NCBI GenBank assembly: GCA_025061115.1
Contig: JANZKC010000001.1
Location: forward strand, 352,001-416,000
Direction: 5' to 3'
Source of the DNA: Candidatus Culexmicrobium cathedralense
Lineage (GTDB): Archaea; Thermoproteota; Methanomethylicia; Culexarchaeales; Culexmicrobiaceae
DNA: 64,000 bases
Positions 1 through 9,231 of the stretch are shown in pieces. Below the pieces are notes generated by a model that was not told where the DNA came from, did not search any database, and worked only from the letters and a program-made list of their open reading frames with translations. The translations under genes and the position numbers were made by a program. How positions within the stretch are numbered: position 1 is the first letter of the stretch; each line of letters starts with the position of its first letter.

Positions 1-338
1 GAGAAAAGCGGATGAGCATTAACTACAGTAGTGCTTATAGCCACTGGAACCATAAATAGGGACTCCATCCAAAATGCGAAGTGGGCAGCCAAGCAAACAC
101 CGGCCAAAAAAGTTAAAACAATTATCTTCAAGCTAATCCGCGTCCCTCGCTTAAACATTAAAACTGCAATCCAAGTTAAAGCTGAAGAGAAAATTAATCG
201 CCAGAAAGCACATACAGTGCCGGGCGCACCTGACAAAACAACAAGTATTGAAGCCCATGAAACGCTGAAAACTGCAACTGCAAGTGAAATTAAAGCTTTA
301 AACTTTGAGGAACCCTCACCGCCATTTCCAACACTCAT
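1..338 (-). CDS. EamA/DMT-family transporter (runs off window start)
   Basis: Not in ORF track. Hand translation from ATG at 338: MSVGNGGEGSSKFKALISLAVAVFSVSWASILVVLSGAPGTVCAFWRLIFSSAL...LAGVCLAAHFAFWMESLFMVPVAISTTVVNAHPLF; typical DMT TM pattern (AFWRL, LAAHF..W..SL). Confidence 0.85.
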   Translation of the reverse strand, partial: MSVGNGGEGSSKFKALISLAVAVFSVSWASILVVLSGAPGTVCAFWRLIFSSALTWIAVLMFKRGTRISLKIIVLTFLAGVCLAAHFAFWMESLFMVPVAISTTVVNAHPLF

Positions 339-399
339 CCCTACTCTCTCGCATCAATACTAGTTTCAAGAACTCCACGAATTAACTTCAACTGCAAAC

Positions 400-1428
400 C
401 TAATTTTGCATCTCTAAAACAAGTTTTTCAAGCCAAGCTAATTTCTCAGGAAGCATTTCAGTTATAGGCAATTCGTACGGGCACTTTTCTTCACACTGCT
501 TACATTTAATGCAGCTTGGAACCTTCTCCTTAGCCTCCCTGTAAATACTCTTAACCCACTCAGTAACTCCAACTCTCCTAACAATAGACTCAATTCTCAG
601 TAATTGGCTAATTGGAATTCCCTGAGGACACGGCATGCAGTACATGCAGCCTCTACAGAAGACCTTATTAAGCCTACGCTTATCCTCATCAATTACCTTC
701 AAGTCCTCATCAGTCAACTCCCAATCCTCAAATAGCGTTTTAGCATTTTCCTCAACCTCTGCAATGCTTTTCATCCCAGGAATAACTGTTGAAATTGGAT
801 ATTGAATTATGAATCTTAAAGCAGCTTTAGCATTTGAAAGCTCACCGCCAGCTAAGGGCTTCATAATAATCATTCCAATGTTTAGCTGCTCAGCGCGCGG
901 AATCAGCTCCCTTTCAGCTTCAGTTGCTAGGTAATTAAATGGAAACTGCACGGTATCGAATTCCCCGGTCTCAATCGCCTTTAATAGAACGTCAGGCCTA
1001 TGCCCAGTAATTCCAATAAACCTAATTTTCCCATCCTGCTTAGCATCCTTCAACGCCACCAATGCGCCATTAGGAGCTAAAACCTGCTCCAAAGTTTCAA
1101 AATTATTTACTCCATGCAGCTGCCAAACATCAACATACGTGGTGCCAAGCTCGGATAAGCTGGCCTCCAAGTCCCTCATAGCTTCATCATAAGTTCTGGA
1201 TGCAGTTTTGGTTGCAATGTAAACTTCACTCCTAACATCGTTGAGGGCAGCTCCAATTTTACGCTCGCTATCAGCATAATTCCTAGCAGTATCATAGAAG
1301 TTTACACCCAACTCGAAAGCTCTACGCACAACCTTAACTGCTTCATCCAAGCTTAAAGTTCTAATTGGAATTCCTCCAAAACCTAAAACTGAAACCTTAA
1401 GCTGCGTTCTACCTAAAATCCTATACAT
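400..1428 (-). CDS. Aldo/keto reductase with C-terminal 4Fe-4S dicluster
   Basis: LGRTQLKVSVLGFGG, YDTARNY, IATK, QLH motifs; C-terminal CRGCMYCMPCP and CIKCKQCEEKCP. Confidence 0.92.
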   Translation of the reverse strand: MYRILGRTQLKVSVLGFGGIPIRTLSLDEAVKVVRRAFELGVNFYDTARNYADSERKIGAALNDVRSEVYIATKTASRTYDEAMRDLEASLSELGTTYVDVWQLHGVNNFETLEQVLAPNGALVALKDAKQDGKIRFIGITGHRPDVLLKAIETGEFDTVQFPFNYLATEAERELIPRAEQLNIGMIIMKPLAGGELSNAKAALRFIIQYPISTVIPGMKSIAEVEENAKTLFEDWELTDEDLKVIDEDKRRLNKVFCRGCMYCMPCPQGIPISQLLRIESIVRRVGVTEWVKSIYREAKEKVPSCIKCKQCEEKCPYELPITEMLPEKLAWLEKLVLEMQN

Positions 1429-1482
1429 GGCTTATCGCTAATATTAGGGTGAAAATGAAAATAAGTGTTTAGATGATCTAAG

Positions 1483-1935
1483 CTAGATGAGCAAAATCAC
1501 CGCTGCAACCACGCAGCCATAGCGGGCAGCCTCAACCCTCATACTTTCAACCCGAACCTTAATCTCATCAATCTCCATGCCCCTCGCTTCAGCCATCTCC
1601 TTCAGCTTAGCCATTAGCTCCTCCCTCAATTCAACTTCAGATTTACTGCCGTACGCTTCGGCAATCAATCCATAATCAGCACATTTAGCAATTCCAACTC
1701 CAGCTCCAATAACTTCACCCAATTGCCCATCAGCCCTAGCCATGACCGTGAACGTCACCGTTCCGGGAAGAATGTCCTCATAATCCACCTCAACAGCATT
1801 TTTAGGCAAAATTGAAGTTACTGGAACTAAATTGCACTGGGCAATGCGAGCCTCCATCAATGCTCTATCAAAAGCATTGAGCGGGGAAACATTGCTAACA
1901 GCTTTACCCGAAGTCACGAAGTACCTAGTTGGCAT
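1483..1935 (-). CDS. pdaD: Pyruvoyl-dependent arginine decarboxylase
   Basis: LNAFDRAL..A.IAQCNLVPVTSILP self-cleavage motif, GLIAE, YGCVVAA. Start placed at MPTRYF (ORF extends to 1977). Confidence 0.88.
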   Translation of the reverse strand: MPTRYFVTSGKAVSNVSPLNAFDRALMEARIAQCNLVPVTSILPKNAVEVDYEDILPGTVTFTVMARADGQLGEVIGAGVGIAKCADYGLIAEAYGSKSEVELREELMAKLKEMAEARGMEIDEIKVRVESMRVEAARYGCVVAAVILLI

Positions 1936-2046
1936 CAACTTCCAATCAACCTCTACCTTCAATGCGTTAAATAGCATTAATTTAACCTTTCGGCCCTAAA
2001 TCACTACGCTCAAATATTAGTAAGCGTAAATAAATGGGAACTTGAG

Positions 2047-3309
2047 GTGCAAGCCATGAACATCCGATTAACAGCCACTGCAGGCTTAATTTGGGCTGCA
2101 GCTTCAATGAGCGTAGGCATATTAAGCTTCACCCTATCATCAATAATATCATCATTAAATGCAAGTGGAATACAAGTTCAATTACTCGCCGCTTCAACAA
2201 CAATTGGAATGCTCATCGGAGCATCCGCAAGCGGACTACTAGCTGAAAGAATAGGGCGAAAGAAAACCTGCATAGCATTTGCACTCACATTTTCACTTTC
2301 CAACATACTCATATACATTGCACCCCAAATTTTCCACGCAATATTTCTACTAAGAGCCATCTCAGGAATTGGGGTTGGAGGCCTCCTACCAGTTCTAGCC
2401 GCACTAGTATCCGAACTCTCAAAAATGGAAGAGCGAGGAAAGAACATATGCTTTCTAGAGAGCTTCTGGGCCTACGGCTGGCTAATAGCACTACTCATAG
2501 CATGGGCAATCCTCCCAGTAACAGGATGGCAAGCAGCCATGGCTGCAACCGGCCTCACATCCCTAGCCCTAACATTAGCAGCATACCCCTACACACCCAA
2601 ATCGCCCAGATACCTAATGATGAAAGGGGAAAAAGGAGAAGCACAAAACATAGCTGAAAAGTATGGATTAAAGCCACCAAAAATAAAAGCTTCCAAGCTA
2701 AACCTGGCAGAGCAGATATCCATACTCTTCTCCAAGGATAATAGGCGAGTTACAATAGCACTATGGATCGTGTGGTTCACCATAGCAATGGGCTACTACG
2801 GAGTCTTCATATGGCTTCCAAAAAGCGTTTTAGCAGCCAAAATCCCACTAGTAAAGAGCTTCGAATACCTAGTCATCATGACAATAGCTCAAATACCAGG
2901 CTACTACAGCGCAGTAGCCCTCGTCGAGAAAGTGGGCAGAAAACCAATTCTAGGAGGATACCTAGCACTAACAGCGCTATCCTCATTCATGTACGCAAAC
3001 TCAACAACAGTAACTGAAATGCTCATCTGGGGCAGCACACTATCATTCTTCGACCTAGGATCATGGGCAGCAATATACGCCTACACCCCAGAGCAATATC
3101 CAACCCACGTTAGAGGACTTGGATCCTCATGGGCCTCAGCAATTGGAAGAATTGGAGCAATACTTGGACCATACATAGTTCCACCACTAGTAGCCATGGG
3201 AGGCTGGTTCCAAGCATTCAGCTTCTTCGCACTAGTACACCTAATCGGTGCAGCAGCAGCATTCATGGGAAGAGAAATGAAGGGCAAAGAAATGCCAGAA
3301 CTAATTTAA
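2047..3309 (+). CDS. MFS transporter (YceI/NiaP-like)
   Basis: About 12 TM; GLLAERIGRK motif A, LESFWAYGW, PEQYPTHVRG, GRIG. Confidence 0.88.
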   Translation: MQAMNIRLTATAGLIWAAASMSVGILSFTLSSIISSLNASGIQVQLLAASTTIGMLIGASASGLLAERIGRKKTCIAFALTFSLSNILIYIAPQIFHAIFLLRAISGIGVGGLLPVLAALVSELSKMEERGKNICFLESFWAYGWLIALLIAWAILPVTGWQAAMAATGLTSLALTLAAYPYTPKSPRYLMMKGEKGEAQNIAEKYGLKPPKIKASKLNLAEQISILFSKDNRRVTIALWIVWFTIAMGYYGVFIWLPKSVLAAKIPLVKSFEYLVIMTIAQIPGYYSAVALVEKVGRKPILGGYLALTALSSFMYANSTTVTEMLIWGSTLSFFDLGSWAAIYAYTPEQYPTHVRGLGSSWASAIGRIGAILGPYIVPPLVAMGGWFQAFSFFALVHLIGAAAAFMGREMKGKEMPELI

Positions 3310-3368
3310 AGGCAAAACTGCACTAATAAATAAAAATTCAAAAATAATCTTTAAATTTAATTAAATTT

Positions 3369-3875
3369 TTATTTAAAAATATGAATTAATCTTCCAATTA
3401 TTTTCATCATTACTAAAACAACCCCACTAATAGCAATCATATAGACAGCGACATCTGGCTGATAGGGAGCATACGAAAACGATGGCATTGGAGGAGAGCC
3501 GGGAGCTGGATGAGGAAACACCATTACGCGAATTATCATTAGGCTTTGCGCCCATAAATTTGCCGATATAATAGCTAACAAGCCACCAGCAAAACTAAAA
3601 TCACCCCAAAATAATGAAAGCACCATGAAAACTATGGAAGATAAATAAGCAATAACCGACAGCAATGCCAATGGATAATACTCAGCCAACCGCCCAGTAT
3701 TCTTAATAAAGCTAAGCGAATCAATAACGTTTAAACTTTGAACTTTAACTACTTCCATTTTCTGCAAATCATATATTCCAGTCCAAGGCAGAAATAAAGA
3801 TAAAATCAGAATTGAAAACATAAGTATTTTAATTACCTGCATCACGCTTAAACTACTCTTTAATGATAACAACAA
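3369..3875 (-). CDS. Hypothetical membrane protein (about 4 TM)
   Basis: 168-aa hydrophobic ORF with LFLPW start helix; GGTGAGGGG RBS before TTG. Confidence 0.65.
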   Translation of the reverse strand: MLLSLKSSLSVMQVIKILMFSILILSLFLPWTGIYDLQKMEVVKVQSLNVIDSLSFIKNTGRLAEYYPLALLSVIAYLSSIVFMVLSLFWGDFSFAGGLLAIISANLWAQSLMIIRVMVFPHPAPGSPPMPSFSYAPYQPDVAVYMIAISGVVLVMMKIIGRLIHIFK

Positions 3876-4227
3876 TACCCCTCACCGACACCATCTAATC
3901 CATTATTTTATAATTCAATTAAATTTATTTAACATACTACTTAGCTAATTTGAGTTCCACTTCATTATCCATAATAAACAACTAAGTAAAGTGTATGCCA
4001 CTTATCTTCCTCCCTGTATTAAATTGCCATAAAAGCTCGCACCAAACTTAAACGGCTAATCAAACTAATTACATGACTAACTTCACAAGTTAATCCCTTG
4101 CATTAACAAGTTGAAATGAGCAAAGCAACATAAGCTTAGCTTTAGCAATCTCATAAGGACATAAAATTAGAAGGAAATGCTAGTGGTGAAGCTAATTGGA
4201 AGCAGAATTAAAATACAATAACAATAA

Positions 4228-5208
4228 TTATCCAAATATAATTTCTATTATCTGCTTAATTGCTAGTGGATTTAAATCCGTATTATCAATTGTTTGAACA
4301 CCTCTCAAGCTTAACTTGTATTTAACTCCTCTTGGAACCTTAACTTTTGAAACTAGAATTATCCCCCCTGGATTGTAGAGCTTACGATATAATTCAATGA
4401 CCTTTACTGCATCAACATTCTCAACTTCACCGCTGGTTAAGTGCTTAATTCCCTTAGACTTCCTAGTGCTCTTCCACCATCCAGTGATTTCCTTGCATTC
4501 AATTATGAAGTCTGGAGATTTAATTAGTGTAGCGTTAGACTTTTCATCGACGATATTTTCAATCCAGCCCCTGTAAATCATTATGTCTGGCCTTGGCGCA
4601 GCGTGGAGGGGAAGTTCATCCTCACTTTTCAGAGGTAAGCTCCACTTTATAGGCCTTGGAGCTTCTATGAAGAAGCTGAAATATGATCCATTCATCTCTA
4701 TGATGTAGTTTGGAGGAATGTGTCCGCCGCGCTGATGACCTTTCCTGTCTAGGTGCACCCAAGAGTTGGGAGGATATTTAACTTTAATATCATAATTGTA
4801 CATATTGTAGAGTATTGATAGCGCAATGAAATTTTGGAACAATATTCTACTATTAGTATCAATGCACTTTCTCACAGTTAGATTTGCAATCTGATTAAAT
4901 CGCTTAAGCGCCAACTTCCTCTTCACCGAACTCTCAATCTTAGATATTAAGACGTCTCTAATGTGGCTTAATGGATCTTGAATAAATGAGTTGAAAGCCT
5001 TGCTGTGGAAGATATACTTGATGCCGAAGAAAGTCTTGACATCATCGCACAAGCGGCTGTACTTAGATATATCCAGCTCAATTTTTTCAATTTCACCTTT
5101 ATACTTCTCATTAAGATAAGCATCAGCTACATCGTAAATTAGCTCTTCATCTGGGCTGGAAGCTTCAATTAGCTTCTTATACAGCTCTCTCCAATTCATA
5201 TCCATCAC
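4228..5208 (-). CDS. Hypothetical protein, possible PD-(D/E)xK nuclease fold
   Basis: 326-aa ORF with RPDIMIY and SPDFIIECKE motifs in the C-terminal half. Confidence 0.6.
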   Translation of the reverse strand: MMDMNWRELYKKLIEASSPDEELIYDVADAYLNEKYKGEIEKIELDISKYSRLCDDVKTFFGIKYIFHSKAFNSFIQDPLSHIRDVLISKIESSVKRKLALKRFNQIANLTVRKCIDTNSRILFQNFIALSILYNMYNYDIKVKYPPNSWVHLDRKGHQRGGHIPPNYIIEMNGSYFSFFIEAPRPIKWSLPLKSEDELPLHAAPRPDIMIYRGWIENIVDEKSNATLIKSPDFIIECKEITGWWKSTRKSKGIKHLTSGEVENVDAVKVIELYRKLYNPGGIILVSKVKVPRGVKYKLSLRGVQTIDNTDLNPLAIKQIIEIIFG

Positions 5209-5258
5209 CAGCGATAATGTGAAGTGGTAAAAGTAGTGATCCTAAAATTTATGAGAAA

Positions 5259-6512
5259 TTACACTCCTCTATTTACTTCAATTCTACCTTCCTTCATCAC
5301 CAACCTTATATTTTCGATTTTTCGCAGAACCCTAATATCTTCAAGAGGGTTTCCATCAACTACGATGACGTCAGCCAGCTTACCAACCTCAATAGTTCCA
5401 ATTTTATCAGCTAAGCCGCAAGCTTCAGCTGCAATTTTAGTTGCAGACACAATGGCATCCATAGGCTTAAATCCAACCTCATCAACTAGCAACTCCAACT
5501 CCATTGCATTAGTACCCATCCGCCATAGAGGAGGGCCGCCAAAGTCAGTTCCAGTAGCAATCTTAACACCAGCCTCATAAGCCAACTTAACGCTCTTCAA
5601 GTGGTACTCGAAAGCCTCAGCAGCCTTCCTCACACCCCACTCAATAATGCCAGCCTCCTTACCCTTAGTGACAATCTGATGCGAAATCGAAAGAGTCGGC
5701 ACCAAAATAACATTTCTCCCCTTCATCATCCTGATAGCCTCATCATCCAAGTATATTCCATGATCAATAGTTTTAACTCCAGCAGCAATAGCAATCTTAA
5801 TACCCTCAGTACCCTGAGCATGGGCAGAAACAAAAGTCCCAACCTTCCTAGCCTCCTCAACTATAGCTCTAATCTCGTCAAACGAAAATTGAGTATGCTC
5901 AGGCCTATCACGCATAGACAATACGCCGCCAGTAGCGCAAATCTTAATAAAGTCAGCACCCTCCCTCAAAGCATACCTAGCAGCCCTACGGCAATCATCA
6001 ACACCATCACAGATAGTGGGAATCTTCTGCTTAACCCACTCAATAGGGAGAAAATGGATATCACCATGACCAAAAGTTTGACTCAAAACATGCCCAGCAG
6101 CCAAAATCCTCGGCCCACGAACACTGCCCTCATTAATAGCCATCTTCAAATACAAGCCATTAGTACCGCCACAATCCTTAACAGTAGTAAAGCCAGCCCC
6201 CAACAAAGCCTCAGCATCACTAACACACCTCAAAAGCCTAACCTGCTCAGGAACAACAAAATACTCCTCCAACCTATGAGTGCGAGTACCCATAAAATGA
6301 ACATGAGCATCAATCAAACCAGGCATAACAGTCAAACCATCAACATCAATAACCTCAGCACCAGCCGGAACCTCAACATCACCAACACGCCCAACAGCCC
6401 TAATCCTACCACCCTCAACCACAACAACACTTCTATCAATTGGGGAAGAACCAGAACCATCAATCAAAAAGCCATTAACCAAAGCTAAACTCTTGCCACA
6501 ACACCTAGCCAT
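5259..6512 (-). CDS. Metal-dependent amidohydrolase (prolidase/Xaa-Pro dipeptidase-like subgroup)
   Basis: PGLIDAHVH, GADFIK, AHAQG, IDHG, ATGTD, GKLADVIVVDGNPL; GGTGA RBS before ATG 6512. Confidence 0.9.
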   Translation of the reverse strand: MARCCGKSLALVNGFLIDGSGSSPIDRSVVVVEGGRIRAVGRVGDVEVPAGAEVIDVDGLTVMPGLIDAHVHFMGTRTHRLEEYFVVPEQVRLLRCVSDAEALLGAGFTTVKDCGGTNGLYLKMAINEGSVRGPRILAAGHVLSQTFGHGDIHFLPIEWVKQKIPTICDGVDDCRRAARYALREGADFIKICATGGVLSMRDRPEHTQFSFDEIRAIVEEARKVGTFVSAHAQGTEGIKIAIAAGVKTIDHGIYLDDEAIRMMKGRNVILVPTLSISHQIVTKGKEAGIIEWGVRKAAEAFEYHLKSVKLAYEAGVKIATGTDFGGPPLWRMGTNAMELELLVDEVGFKPMDAIVSATKIAAEACGLADKIGTIEVGKLADVIVVDGNPLEDIRVLRKIENIRLVMKEGRIEVNRGV

Positions 6513-6574
6513 AAAATCACCAGCAATAATAGAAAGACGCAAAAAATAACCTTAACGGTAAAAATAGAAGTAAA

Positions 6575-7744
6575 CTATGCAGGTATACTACGCAACTTCA
6601 CTGCTTTCCTCGCTATCTCCTGAACTCTACTAATATACTGCTTATGAGGATAAATCCACCTACCATCCACATACCGCTCATAGGGAATAGTTTGACGCAA
6701 ATAGTTTTTAATGTCTAAAATTATATAGCTGAAATCACTTATTACGCCTATACTAGCTAGACTTAATAATGCATTGACAAAATTAAAGAATTCTAATTTC
6801 GGCAAGTACACGTTCATATATATTACATTCTTATTAACAACTTTAGCAACAGATGATGAAAATGGCTTTCCATTAAGAGATTTTATAAACTTATTTAATA
6901 ACACATTATTATTAAATTCAACTCTAAATACGTACATATCAGCTACACTCGATGGATATGGAAAGACAACCGGTCTATAACCTCTTATTAATTTAAATCG
7001 CAAAACATGATTATAATAATGATAACGAATTGCAGGTGGAGTCATTTCTAGCTTTGACGCGATCTCTCTAAAGCTAACACATGCGTCTTTTTCCAATTCT
7101 TTCAAAATAAATATGTCAATATAATCTGGCTTAAACATTAAATTATTTTGGTCAAAATCTACTTTTGAAGTACTTGAAGAAGACCCATTAACTATTTCTT
7201 TAATCCAATCATTCCATCTAAATAACCACTTCTTTCGTTTAAAATCAAACCAATAGAATCCTCTTGAAATATCTATGATATCTTCAACCCATTCAATTAA
7301 GAATCTTTTTATTAAACCACTTTGTTGCATACTTTCTAAGAATGATTTAAATTCAATTTCCTTACCAAAAGGAATTGCAGCACTAACATAAAAACCATTA
7401 TAGTACCCAAAGCAGGGTGCTATATAATTCCAATAATCATTTGCTTTTAGAGCCTCTTTCACAAAAATTCTTTTCCTTGGAAGAATCTCGATTAAAATAT
7501 AAGAAGGCCTTAAACCAATTTTCGGATAATTAATCTTTGTAGTAATTTTAAGCATTTTGTTATTTAATAGTCTTTTAAGATGATAATGAGCTAAAGAAGG
7601 AGATAAACCAGTCATTCTTGCAACTTCGGATATATTCCTAGGATTAGCACGAGTCAATGCCGAAATTAATTGGGCAACAACATGATTTAATTGATTAAGA
7701 TATGCAGTATATTTACTCCAGAGCTCCTTTTCTTCAGCAAACAA
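6575..7744 (-). CDS. Tandem Lrp/AsnC-like (wHTH-effector x2) transcriptional regulator
   Basis: Two HTH units: PRNISEVARMTGLSPSLAHYHLKRL...INYPKIGL and DYIDIFILKELEKDACVSFREIASKLEMTPPAIRYHY; each followed by an alpha/beta domain ending in an aromatic motif. Confidence 0.8.
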   Translation of the reverse strand: MFAEEKELWSKYTAYLNQLNHVVAQLISALTRANPRNISEVARMTGLSPSLAHYHLKRLLNNKMLKITTKINYPKIGLRPSYILIEILPRKRIFVKEALKANDYWNYIAPCFGYYNGFYVSAAIPFGKEIEFKSFLESMQQSGLIKRFLIEWVEDIIDISRGFYWFDFKRKKWLFRWNDWIKEIVNGSSSSTSKVDFDQNNLMFKPDYIDIFILKELEKDACVSFREIASKLEMTPPAIRYHYYNHVLRFKLIRGYRPVVFPYPSSVADMYVFRVEFNNNVLLNKFIKSLNGKPFSSSVAKVVNKNVIYMNVYLPKLEFFNFVNALLSLASIGVISDFSYIILDIKNYLRQTIPYERYVDGRWIYPHKQYISRVQEIARKAVKLRSIPA

Positions 7745-7778
7745 ATTGAGCCCCCTTTATTGTAATATTTTGAAGCAG

Positions 7779-7792
7779 AATAAAAACTTTTC
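7779..7792 (-). promoter_or_regulatory. Putative BRE/TATA promoter of the regulator gene
   Basis: Minus strand GAAAAG-TTTTTATT about 35 nt upstream of TTG 7744; GGGGG RBS-like run in between. Confidence 0.5.
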
Positions 7793-7808
7793 TAAAGAAA
7801 ATTAAATC

Positions 7809-7827
7809 AAAAAGAAAAAGAAATAAA
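7809..7827 (-). terminator. Oligo-T terminator after the small peptide ORF
   Basis: Minus strand TTTATTTCTTTTTCTTTTT starting 12 nt after the stop codon. Confidence 0.55.
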
Positions 7828-7839
7828 GTGTTTATTTAC

Positions 7840-7899
7840 TTAATTTGTGTCGGGCCAAGGATCATCTACAGGGTCTCCCATCGGGTATATCTCTACCAT
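7840..7899 (-). CDS. Small acidic Pro/Asp-rich peptide MVEIYPMGDPVDDPWPDTN (19 aa)
   Basis: ATG 7899 to TAA 7840; GGGGGAGA RBS 7 nt upstream; a GC-richer patch inside very AT-rich intergenic DNA, flanked by TATA box and T-tract. Confidence 0.7.
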   Translation of the reverse strand: MVEIYPMGDPVDDPWPDTN

Positions 7900-7950
7900 T
7901 TCTTTTTCTCCCCCGATTTAATTTTCAAGTAAATTATGTACTAATCTCGC

Positions 7951-7999
7951 CTTATATTTTTTCTTTTTTACAAAAATGTTAAGTTACTCTTTTGTAAAA
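7951..7999 (-). promoter_or_regulatory. BRE/TATA of peptide gene plus upstream 10-bp inverted repeat
   Basis: Minus strand AAGAAAAAAATATAAG (7951-7966); perfect IR TTTTACAAAA (7966-7975)-N14-TTTTGTAAAA (7990-7999). Confidence 0.55.
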
Positions 8000-8276
8000 T
8001 GGGAAGAACATAGTAGTGAATTATTAATCTTTTTTATGATTAGTTTATATGATTAGTAGATTGTATGTAATAATTTCTTTTATTTTATTATCCTTTTTTG
8101 TAGTTAGATTTTTATTTATTTTTTATATGCTTTTGCTATTATTTTGTAAATTAAATTATAGTAGTTTTACTTTTTCTATTTGTATTTTATAGAGAAATTG
8201 TTTTTTAGCATTAAGTACAGAAATCAATTAAATATCTTTTCCTTATGGCATACTGAATATGGCATTTTAGTTTTTG

Positions 8277-9212
8277 TTATTTTATACTGTTTTTTAGTTG
8301 CCAATAATGTCTGATTCCTGTTATTCCTGGTATTTGGGTGTAGAAGTATAGGTGTTGTGTCCATGGTATTGTTGCTATTCTTATTCCGTTTAGTCTCATT
8401 GATTTTAGTGCTTTGAATAGTAGGATTGTTCCTATGCCTTTGTTTTGTTCTTTTTTGATTACTCCTATTGGTCCGAGCCAGCTTGGTTCTAGTGCTCCGT
8501 ATGCTGCGAATCCTATTGGTTGGTTGTTTTGGTTGTATGCTATCAATAGTCCGCCTGTTGGTTCGATTGTTGCTCGTTTTGCTTCGTATGCCCAGTATGG
8601 TGAGAATTTTGTTTTTATCCAGTTTTCTAGTTGATTGATCTCTCCTCTTGTTACTTCTTTAAATGTTGTTCCTTGTTTGATTAGTTTTTGTTTTAGTGTT
8701 TTTATTCTTGTTGGGATGTAGAAGCGTTTTAGGTCTACTTCGTAGTCTACTACTTCTCCGTATTTGGTGAAGCCTGCGGTAAGGTAGTTTGTTAGGTAGT
8801 AGTCATAGTGGATGTCTATTCCTGGGTGGAAGTGCCAGCTTGGAAAGTTTGCTACTCTTATTTCTGTTTTATTTTTGGCTTTTATTTCGTTTAGATATTC
8901 GTTTATTAGTTGTTGGAATAGTTTTTTGGTTCTGTGTTTTGGTGGGATTGCAATTACTTTTATCCATGCAAGGTGTTTTTGTGCTTCAACTAATTCTTTT
9001 GGTGCCCTTGTTCTTTCAACTCCTATTAGTAGGCCTATTAGCTTGTCTTTTTCTAGGGCTAGGAATGTTAGTTTTGATGTGTAATTTGGATCTTGGACTG
9101 TGCATCTTCTTAGCATGTGGTCTGTTATGAAATCTCTCTCCAAAGAAAGGTTGAGAAATTGTTTTAGTTTTAATGCGTGTTCCGGCTTTTCATCTAATCT
9201 ATATATTTTCAA
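8277..9212 (-). CDS. Tandem GNAT N-acetyltransferase
   Basis: C-terminal LGPIGVIKKEQNKGIGTILL acetyl-CoA motif; degenerate N-terminal GNAT (AWIKVIAIPPKHR). Confidence 0.85.
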   Translation of the reverse strand: MKIYRLDEKPEHALKLKQFLNLSLERDFITDHMLRRCTVQDPNYTSKLTFLALEKDKLIGLLIGVERTRAPKELVEAQKHLAWIKVIAIPPKHRTKKLFQQLINEYLNEIKAKNKTEIRVANFPSWHFHPGIDIHYDYYLTNYLTAGFTKYGEVVDYEVDLKRFYIPTRIKTLKQKLIKQGTTFKEVTRGEINQLENWIKTKFSPYWAYEAKRATIEPTGGLLIAYNQNNQPIGFAAYGALEPSWLGPIGVIKKEQNKGIGTILLFKALKSMRLNGIRIATIPWTQHLYFYTQIPGITGIRHYWQLKNSIK

Positions 9213-9231
9213 TTTTTAGCCTCATATTGCA

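Noticed and set aside
31-363. 110-aa + strand ORF
   Set aside because: Antisense shadow of the EamA transporter on the minus strand.
3941-4001. Possible 18-aa ORF (MAYTLLSCLLWIMKWNSN, minus strand, GTG after GGGAGG)
   Set aside because: No compositional contrast, terminator or motif; compatible with chance.
5601-6488. 295-aa N/S/T-rich + strand ORF
   Set aside because: Shadow of the amidohydrolase, caused by its G/T-biased codons; no motifs.
7745-8276. ORB-type replication origin from the G-strings
   Set aside because: The G-runs sit at RBS positions and lack the TCCA..GGA core; no cdc6 in the window. Kept only as an alternative under the skew finding.
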